DNA of 37,119 bases. Source: Octopus sinensis (Eukaryota). The notes under the pieces were generated by a model. It made no database searches, had not been told where the DNA came from, and worked only from the letters and a program-made list of their open reading frames with translations. The DNA is taken from positions 1 to 37,119 of the forward strand of contig NW_021835937.1 in the NCBI RefSeq assembly GCF_006345805.1, written 5' to 3'. This document shows, in pieces, positions 12,926 to 21,852 of this stretch; the stretch's first letter is position 1; each line of letters opens with the position of its first letter. A program made the position numbers and the translations under genes.

Positions 12926-13189
12926 ATCAAATTAATATTCGTATTGTTTTAGGGTTCTATAACGTTGGTAAAAATTGCCACACAAGATAGTTCTATATTT
13001 AAATAAATTCTATATTTAAATATAGTTCTATATTAAAATAAATTTTTAAAAATTAATTTAATACAAACAATTTTTTTTATTATTAATAAAATAAAGTGAA
13101 CATTAATTAATTTTATATGTGTAAAAATGGAACTGATTGTATTTCCTTCCTCGTTATGTCCGATTTTTTTAATTAGACATTTATTTATT

Positions 13190-16100
13190 AATTCCAAGAT
13201 CACCGAGAAAGATAGGTCAAAACTAACTAATTAGGTGATCCCTTCCTCCAACAACAGCTGGACTCTCCTTAAATGATCTTCTGATGACCCAACCGTAACC
13301 CCGAGACGGCCGCCTTCTGAGTAAGTTCAAACGTTCCGCTTTCGAACAAGCAATTGCAAACGTCCAGGCTGAGCAGGCATACCCAACCGTCGGGGCAATC
13401 ACTTGTTGGTAGACCTTGCTGACACAATCTTTCAGGGGGAAGGGACTCTTCTTTAACAGAGCTTTCAAGACGTTCCACTTCCGAAGACCTTTAGCTAGTG
13501 CCTCCTCCACGTGACATGAGAACGTAATTAAGGAGTTGAAAACCACGCCAAGGATCTTCTGGGTACGCGAAGAGGGAATAGGATTGTCTCCAATGAATAG
13601 TTCCGGTCCATTCTTGAATTTTCTATCAGTAGTGAAGAGGGTGAATTTGGATTTAAATGCAGACACACACAACATATTTGCAGATAGCCAATCACATACA
13701 CGGTTAAGGTGTGACTGAACCATTGCAACAGCCACAGAAGGAGATTTATCTCTTGCAGCGATAATCAGGTCGTCCGCATAGGATAAGAACATAATGTCTG
13801 GGTCATTAGTAATATGTAGGTCATGTAAAAATAGGTTAAAAAGGAGGGGAGATAAAGGGGAGCCTTGTGGGACACCATTGGGCAGTAGTCTTGATCTTAA
13901 AGTAGTATTGTCAATACGGACCCTTCCGCGTCGGCCAGTTAAGAAATTTTTCAACCACAGTTTGATGTTCGGATGTAAGTTCGAATCAAATATCTTCCGC
14001 GTTAGAAGTTTCCTCGGGACAGAATCAAAAGCCTTTTGTATATCAATGGATACTAAGGCCGTCCGTAATAAACTGGGAGACAGAACACAAGTGGGTCGTT
14101 GTGGAACGGTCTGGTCTAAAACCGTGCTGGAATTCTGGCAGTTGTAGAACAGGAGAGATTTGCGTTAATACGAGCTTTTCCAGTACTTTCGATAAGATAC
14201 AAGTTATTGAGATTGGGCGATATGAAGAGGGGGCATCCTTTGGTTTCCCAGGCTTTAGAATTGGCGTAATTAGGGAGTTTTTCCATATATTAGGAATCGT
14301 ACGTAAGTTGAGAATCGTACGTAAGTTGATGGAGTCGTTATATAGTCTTGATAGTACGGTCTGTGCCCGGGGTCCCAGGTGTTTGAGGTGAACAGCACAG
14401 ATCTTGTCGGGGCCACAAGCACGGGTGGGACGTAGGGATTTAATAGCCTTGTCAACATCATCCGGTGTGAAGAAGGTGGAATACAATTCTGGTCGTGGTC
14501 CGAGCCGTTCAGTATGTGGAGTGCGAGAGAAGTTTTTATGGCTGATCGATACATAGTACTTCATAATCTTGTTTGTAAGTTTGCGAGCGGGTTCCGAGGA
14601 ATTGTGGGCAACGGCCTCAGTTCCTCCGTCCTCCTCGCCGATAAGGCAATTGATCCTTCTTAGCGTTTTCCAAAAGGTGGCGCAGGAATTTCTGTGACAT
14701 AATCGTCCAACGAGACGACTCCACTTGAGTCCGTTATTAGTCCGGATCGGTTCAGAAATTTTAATATTCAACGAACGTATAGTATAATATGGTCATTGGA
14801 CTTGTTTTTCTTCAGGGCATCCCGTTCTTTGATAAGTGCAGGATTTGTGATGATAATCTTGGATTAAACTTCTTGTATGAAGCGACAGGTATAAATAATT
14901 TATCGGCTTTCAAAATGATAGTGGACAGGATCTTGGCCGTTCTTTCCACCGTGCAATTTTCCATAGTAAGATCAAGCAGGCAGTCGTCCACATACGACCC
15001 GAAACCATGCCAGTTAGCCTTCGAGTAATTTTTGAACTTCGTAGGACAGCGCATTGAACAGAAAGGCCTTCTAAGTCTCAGTACAATAGGGTTATGGTCG
15101 CTCGAGAAACCATAACGAACATTCCACTAGATCAGGGGTCACCAAACTTTTTGCACTCGCGGGCCGGATTGACCCCAACACAATGAACGCGGGGCGGAGC
15201 ACGTGCATAGGATTATAATTTTACTAGAAATTCATAAGTGTGTTTTTTACAATAAAAACTAATTTAAACAAAAATAAAGTAAACAAAAATTTTAATGAGA
15301 GCTATGGAATTGTGATCTTTTTTTGATAAGTTCATCAATATTTGGTTTTAAATTGCTGCATCCTATCATGAGAATTGATTTTAAGTGTCCGTCAGTCAAT
15401 CTTGCACGATGGGCAGACTTAACATATTTCATCCTCGAAAACGTTTGCTCACATTGGTAAGTTGTGCCAAATATAGAAATCATCTTTATCGCAAAATTCT
15501 TTAGTCTCGGAAACTCATCATCCTTGAGATATTCGTAGAACTCAGCGAGTTTGGTCCGTCTGTGACAATCTTTGAGCTGTTCATTTGATTGTAAGTCAAT
15601 AACTTCTAATTGTAATTCATGTTGAACATTTTCAACATTACAAGAAAATGGATTTTCGAACAAAATTATATCGCTTTCAATTTTGTCAAGTTCAGAAAAC
15701 TTATGTAAAAAATGATGTTTTAATTCTTTGATAATTCCAATTTGGAAAGTAATGTCGATCTCATTACAGTTTGCCTCACAAAAACTTTTAAAACAAGAAA
15801 AGTGTGAAAACTGACGTCCTTCATAACAGAGAGATGTTCGTGGCATATTAAACAATAAGCTTTCTGCTTTAATTCATCTTTCGCAAAAAAATACTTCAAT
15901 TCCCATAATTTATTGAATACACGGCATTCGCGGTCAACCTTTCTTTTCATATTAGACATAGCAACAAAGAAAAATTTAACGTTAATGCTGATAAGTTTTT
16001 TTTCGAATTAATCTTGCAAAATAGTTTAATTTTTTAATTAAAGTTTTTATTTAAGTTAATTATTAAGGTATTAATTGAATATCTCGAAATAGTGCGCGGG

Positions 16101-16600
16101 CCGGATAAAATGTTGTCGCGGGCCGGATCCGGCCCGCGGGCCGTAGTTTGGTGACGTCTGCACTAGATATATCCAGCCAAGGATGAAGTGCAGAGGGACA
16201 GGTCCGGGGATGTTGGGCTATCTCTTCTGCGGGTTGGTGTTCTTGTATGAGCGTATGGGTCGTTTAGAATAGTCAACTTATTGAATACGGAAAGGATGTA
16301 CTCGCCGCGAATGTCGGCCGGTTGAGACCGGACCCAGAGCAGATGCTTGGCATTTAGGTCGCCGCATAGCAGCAAGTCCTTCAGTCCGCCGAGTTTCAAT
16401 AAGTTGGGTGTGTATTTTGAGATAAAAGAGGTCGTCGAGCTTTGCGGTGGGACATATACATTGCATAATGTAAAATGTCTTGAGGGTGAAAAAAGAACTT
16501 CTATAGAGATTTGCTCCAAAATAGGGTCGCCTTCACACAGGGAGGATACGAATGTAGTGACATCGGTAAACACATGTCCTCCACCAAGACTTAATGCCTA
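13190..16600 (-). mobile_element. I/Jockey-group LINE ORF2 (APE endonuclease plus RT plus 3' UTR), interrupted by a hAT
   Basis: APE: LCNVYVPP, LLLCGDLNAKH, SPDLSL, SSDHNPI. RT: KPGKPKDAPSSYRPISIT, QHGFRP, GVPQGSPLSPLLFN, SYADD, ILGVVF. Several frameshifts and an 18-nt tandem duplication at about 14296-14330. Confidence 0.9.
15133..16160 (-). mobile_element. SPIN/Buster-type hAT DNA transposon, internally deleted, complete ends
   Basis: TIRs CAGGGGTCACCAAACT / AGTTTGGTGACGTCTG; 8-bp TSD CACTAGAT at 15125-15132 and 16161-16168; GCGGGCCG subterminal repeats; MKRKVDRECRVF BED N-terminus and FGTTYQCEQTFSRMK hAT C-terminus. Confidence 0.95.
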
Positions 16601-16677
16601 CCGAAAAAAGGACTTCTAGAACTCTGACCCTGGGACATCGTCGTCTCAGGCCGATCATGTGGGCAGGATCGAACTTT

Positions 16678-17400
16678 TCAGAAGGATCTCCCTCGCTTGA
16701 ATCGGGGATCACGGGGATTATAATAATTAACTGGCTTACCCGTCTTTGGTCTATAAATAAATAAAAAAATCATATTGGAGTGTTTTCGGGTGATGGTTTG
16801 ATTAAAACGTTCTATAATCCCCTGTGTAAGGGGATTGTTTGGTTTTTTATGTATCTGAACTACATTGAACTCTTTGCATAGATTTCTCAGAGACACATTC
16901 TTGAATTCTGAACCATTATCTGATTGCAAAATTTTGCAAGGTAGAAAAAGTGATCTTAAGTTCTTGCATACTTCTTTTGAAGATTTATGAAAAAGTGGTC
17001 TGAAAAATGCAAATCTGAATAAATTGTTGAAAGACCTACTATAAACATCGATGACTGTTAAAATCCATCTGTAATTATTATTTGAGACTGAAAACTTTTT
17101 TAGATCTACAAGATCTAGCCGAAACCTTTCATTTGGAGAAAAAGCAAAAATATGATGATTCATATCACCAACCTACATTAAAAATTAAAAAGAATTAAAA
17201 CTCTTAATGGACAGGCAAATTTACATACTTCACAATTTCGAATGACTTTTCTGATTATGTCATTTTGAACAATGAAGTATCTTTGTCGACACTCATATTC
17301 AATCTTGTTTTGCCCATGTCACATATTTTCGATTTTTTTAAAACACTTGTTAAGTTTTCAAAGTTCAGCTTTTGATTTTATACAAAATATAAAATCGTAA
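16678..17400 (-). mobile_element. rve integrase-core fragment (Ginger/KRBA2-like DDE transposase)
   Basis: ERFRLDLVDL, WILTVIDVYSR|FAF, ILQSDNGSEF, PNNPLTQGIIERFNQTI (D,D,E present); apparent 21-nt intron; second copy at about 35640-35975. Element ends not found. Confidence 0.78.
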
Positions 17401-17499
17401 AATTTTTTGTATTTAAGATATGTAGCAAACACCTTTCAAACAAATAAAGGATATTTAGATTTGAATTACGGTTTATATACGTAAATAATCAAGCCGACT

Positions 17500-19510
17500 G
17501 ACCAATTATTAATATATCTTCCATGTCAAATGCTTATAGTGATATCTCACCTGATGTATCTAAATAGTGGGGAAATTCGCACAAGATTTAGGAATACTGT
17601 TTTTGAATAGATTTTTTTTATTTCTATTATTTTTTTAAAAATCTGGCAAAATAATAATTTTTATTCCTTATTAAAATTTTCAATCTTTTCAATTGATTTT
17701 TCCTGGTTTAACCAAAAGTATAAACAATTTTGTTGTTTTTAATTTTTTGTATTAAATTAATTTTTTGCGAAAGAATTGCTTGACTGTTTACGCAAAGGAT
17801 GGAAATCAAGATTTTTCCCCAAAACCATGAAGACTCGGGTGACTCAAAAAATGATTTTCTGTTATAATTCTTATTATGCAGAACAGCTAACGAAACAGCT
17901 CACAATATCATAGCACGTTTAATTCGGGAACCACTAACATATAAGTACAACGCTCCTCTTTGCTTTCAATTCAGTTTCTTGAATAAAGTGCGAAATAGTA
18001 TAAAGTGCGAAAAACAAATTAATTAATTACAGGTAGAAACGATAAATCACTTAATCGAGAAATAAGTAGAATATATAAAATTGACCGAATTAACAAACTG
18101 TAGCTAACCTCTCAAAAAGTAATTAATTAAATTCTGAATTCTTTTTCATTGTCAGTCTTCCCCTGAGATGTATTATTGGTCATATTTGTCATTTTAAATC
18201 AAAATGGAGTGAATCTTTTGTATTAAATCTAACTCATAAAAACTTCAAAAATCCCTTATTTGTCAGGCAACTTTAAATCAAAACAAAAAATTAAATTTAG
18301 AGAAACATTTTAGCACAACGCTGCAAAAAATTCAATTGGTGACTCACGAAAGAAACCTGTGTGAAAAACTTGATCAAAATATTGAGATTAAAAATTCAGT
18401 TTTTAAATATTGGCAACAGTCCAGGAATACAAATATTGCTAGTTTTTTGATAAGTCATGAGATCGAAAAAAGGGAAAAAGGGAATCCTGGGAAGATCAAG
18501 TCATATTTTATTGAAACCTGTGGAAAAGTATTTCACTATTTTTTTAAATAAAACAGAAATCATGAAAAGATAATAAATATATTTTTATCTGCAAAAATAG
18601 TTTCCGAAGGACATTTAAGATGTCTTCGAATGTATCTATTCAACAAGTTATTGACATAAAATTAAATAATTCGATTTTTATATCAATAGATGAATCAAAT
18701 ACTCGGAGTTCTCTTCTGGACTCTTTTTATGAATTAAAAAAATTGCACATGAAGTTTGCTAACAAATTGAGATTAAGAAAAAAAATTACAGTCTTAAAAT
18801 CAAACCTCAGATTAAAATTAACTAGTTTCGACTCAGACATTAAACAACTCTCCAAAGAAATGAGGAATCAAATTTCTCATTTTTGAGACTAAATAATTTT
18901 ATTCTTTAAAATGAATTCTTAATTATTATTAAATTTTTGCTTTGGACAAGCGGTTAAAGATGGCTCTTAAATTTTTCAATATTTCCGAGAATGTCAAGAA
19001 TTTGCTTTCGAAATATTTTCCGACCCCTGGAGAGTATGATGGACAAAGACAGCCACGGGATCAAAATCTTTGAAAAAATAAATTTAGTCAGTAACCTCAT
19101 AATTGGAGCAATTCATTTGAATGAAGAATATTTAGAAATTGAAGAAAAGAGTCGTAACAAATTTGATGACAGACAATTAAAAAGTGATGTTGCCTATTTC
19201 CTTATTAAAAAAGGAAATTAATTTCCAGCTGTTACGAGTGGATTAATAAGTCTTTATCACATAAATTTGTTGTAAATTTTTAATCTTTATTGAGGAAAAA
19301 ATACACGGTTAAAAGGCACTTGAAATTGCATGTATGATAGACTGCAAAATTATAATCAAATTAGGTCAAGAGAAAAATCGTCATTAGCAGATAGCCAGAG
19401 TATTGCCTCTGACTATGGCTACTGCAAAATTAAAAATACAAATCCTGAAATAATAAATGACACAATATTTTCAAATAACACAATCTTAATAAATAAAATT
19501 CAAAAATAAG
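17500..19510 (+). other. Possible orphan multi-exon protein-coding region
   Basis: Consecutive plus-strand open frames (18336-18551, 18620-18886, 18991-19221, about 19345-19510) separated by short AT-rich gaps; no motif recognised. Confidence 0.27.
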
Positions 19511-20232
19511 TCAAAATAAATCGTGATCCGAAGCAATAACATCGACCGTATTCCACGTAAGTTTACCTTCTGCGTCCTCAAAACATATCGGCATCTTCCC
19601 AGACTGAGTTTCACGAAATTTCGACTTTTCATTCAAGAACTATCAACTCTCAGACATCAGCAAATGCCTTTAACAGAAATTGGAGTATGTCCTTCTTATC
19701 TTTCCCAGCCGCAATATCAAATACTGATCTCCTGAACTACCAATACAGCCAATTGGAGTAGACTTTGTCCGCCATAAGCAAATCCTCCGTCTTTTTGGCC
19801 AACGACATGACTATTTCAATGTTTCCAGACTCAACAGCCCAATGTAGAGGAGTCATTCCCAACTTTCGGGTCAGTTGACTACCCTATACCATATCTACGA
19901 TATTGACATCCACTTCAGCGGACAGGAGTAATTGAACTGCGTCCAAGTGACCCATTTGACAGGCAATATGAAGAGCAGTTCGGTTTATTTTATTTTTAAT
20001 GTTCTTTTCGATACCCGCCACTAGAAGGGATTTGAGCATTTCGCAGTTCCCAGCATAAGCAGCGTGATGGAATGTTGTATTTCCCAACTGTAGGAATAAT
20101 AATAGATTTATTGGTTACATTGTCGGTAGAAAAACATATTGTTGGTTCTAATATTGATTTGGGAGAGGAGATCTTGGAATTTTTTACAGAATCAATAAAT
20201 GAACCACAAGATTTATTCATTTCAATTGACAT
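19511..20232 (-). CDS. GABPB1: GA-binding protein beta-like ankyrin-repeat protein, 5 exons, about 202 aa
   Basis: FSTDN|LGNTTFH, KNKINRTALHIA, DVNIVDM|LGMTPLHWA and DK|FRRSVFDIA align to GABPB FTTDW-LGTSPLH, RTKVDRTPLHMA, DVNAKDM-LKMTALHWA and SKFCKTAFDI. Introns: 20088-20118 (31 nt), 19863-19889 (27), 19737-19763 (27), 19640-19667 (28, GC-AG). Confidence 0.8.
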
Positions 20233-20369
20233 CTTTATTTATTATTGAAAAAAAATTAATTATAAATAAGAATATTATATGTTTAATTAACTAAAAGTTT
20301 TAGCCTAATTAATTTCATAGCTAATAAATAAATAGCTAATTTAGGTCATTCACTAGAATCTGAACTCAT

Positions 20370-20885
20370 TATCATTAGAACCAAGCTCCCCGTCCAAAAC
20401 ATAGAACTAATTAATCAGGTGATCCCCGCTTCTCTGAGGAGGGTCCTCATCTTTGCCCGGTGCTGCTTACTAATCCCGGCACAATTTCTATGAGGGCGCG
20501 GTGGTGGAGTTGTAGGGCCTGTAGGCTTATGGTTCCTTCCCAAGATTTCTTAAAATGAGGCGATGGATAGATGGATAGATCTTCATTCGTTCCTTGTAGT
20601 GCTTTCCGAAATCTTTCTTGAGTTTTTTCGATTTTTTCGTGGTTTGTTTGACTGACAAACCCTCCCCACAAGCATAACTAATGGAGGGTTCCATGTATTG
20701 CCGGTAGATTGATTGTCGTGTGAAGAAGCTGATCCATTTTTTGCATTTTCAGAGGAACACTTTTAAGATGTTCAGTTTCTTCATGCAGCTGGTAGTAACA
20801 TTTTCAACTTGTTGGGAGAAACACATATGACTATCGTAAGTCACGCCGAGGATTTTCTGGGATTTTTTAAAAGGGATTTCCATGT
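20370..20885 (-). mobile_element. 5'-truncated LINE 3' end, relative of the 13190-16600 element
   Basis: SQKILGVTYDSHMCF...KKLNILKS post-RT motif; shares the 3' UTR motif GGGATCACCT-ATTA-TTAGTT with 13225-13245. Confidence 0.75.
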
Positions 20886-20889
20886 TGTT

Positions 20890-21440
20890 TAGATATAAGT
20901 TCGTGCCGGTCGAAGTCCCCGCCACGCCTCGTTAAATGACGTCGTGGTTAGAGCCCTCAAGGCTGCAGGCTTTCCGTCACAACTTGAGCCTGTCGGATTG
21001 GACCGTGGTGACGGCAAACGCCCAGACGGAATGACAATCTTTCCTTTTCGGGGGGCAAGTGCTCTGTCTGGGATGCTACGTGCATCGACTCTTTCTCTCC
21101 ATCGGCAATCATGTCATCTGTCACTTCCCCCCAGGTCCGCTACGGAAAAGGCTGAGACGGCCAAAATCAAAAAATACCAAGAACTTGGACGCCGTTTTAT
21201 ATTCGTACCAATCGCTTTGGAGACATCGGGCGTCGCAGGGCCTCTAACCTCGGCTTTCATCAGCGACATCGGGAGGAAATTGGCCCACAGGACGAAAGAG
21301 CCACGCGAGGTTTCGTGGCTATTGCAGCGGATATCCATCGCCATTCTCCGTGGCAACACACATGCGGTACTTTCCGCAGGAGGGTGCGAGCTTTAACCCC
21401 CCCAGAATTTCCCCTCTGTACATTCCTAACTTAATTTGTT
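20890..21440 (+). mobile_element. CRE-clade retrotransposon 3' end (RLE endonuclease)
   Basis: RHASLNDVVVRAL...EPVGLDRGDGKRPDGMTIFPF, VWDATCID (alternate frame), AETAKIKKY, FVPIALETSG, QRISIAILRGN; stop at 21396; mostly small homopolymer indels. Confidence 0.85.
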
Positions 21441-21852
21441 TTCAAAATGAAAAAACGGATATTCTTTCTTGGGATGCACTATATTTTTTTGTTGGACGCG
21501 ATTAACATAAATGATAATAGTAAATCATTTTTTGAGATAATAGTAAATCATAAGGAACATCGAGTACTCCCACGGATATCATAAAGGGACGGATATCGAG
21601 GAATACTTTTAACACTCATTAGTCGTAAGAGATTAGGGATCCCTTTGGCTGAACCAGTCTCAATAAATCACATTATTAATAGTTTATTTTTCTAAATATA
21701 GTATGTAGGACATTTAGGATCGCAATTAATAAATTTAATTTTTTGTTATCTGCTATTTTATTTTTAGGGAATCTTTAATTAGAAACAAATAAAAGATTTT
21801 TTAGAATTGTGATCATTATTAACATTATTTCTGAGTTATATAATCTATTTCA

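Noticed and set aside
12990-13045. Short AT-rich tandem repeat (TTCTATATTTAAATA units); also small duplications near 17995-18010 and 21505-21550
   Set aside because: Low-complexity slippage products with no further structure.
13195-13245. GATCACC...GGTGATC inverted repeat at the LINE 3' end
   Set aside because: 3' stem-loops are an expected LINE feature; recorded as part of the element rather than as novel.
16095-16145. GC-rich GCGGGCCGGAT repeats and the palindrome GCGGGCCGGATCCGGCCCGC, superficially like a terminator or CRISPR repeat
   Set aside because: Standard SPIN/Buster subterminal repeats inside the TIR-bounded element; no spacers.
4561-17325. 16-mer TTGCCCATGTCACATA present at about 4561 and about 17309
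   Set aside because: One 16-bp match within 37 kb is plausible by chance, and there is no extended similarity or TSD.
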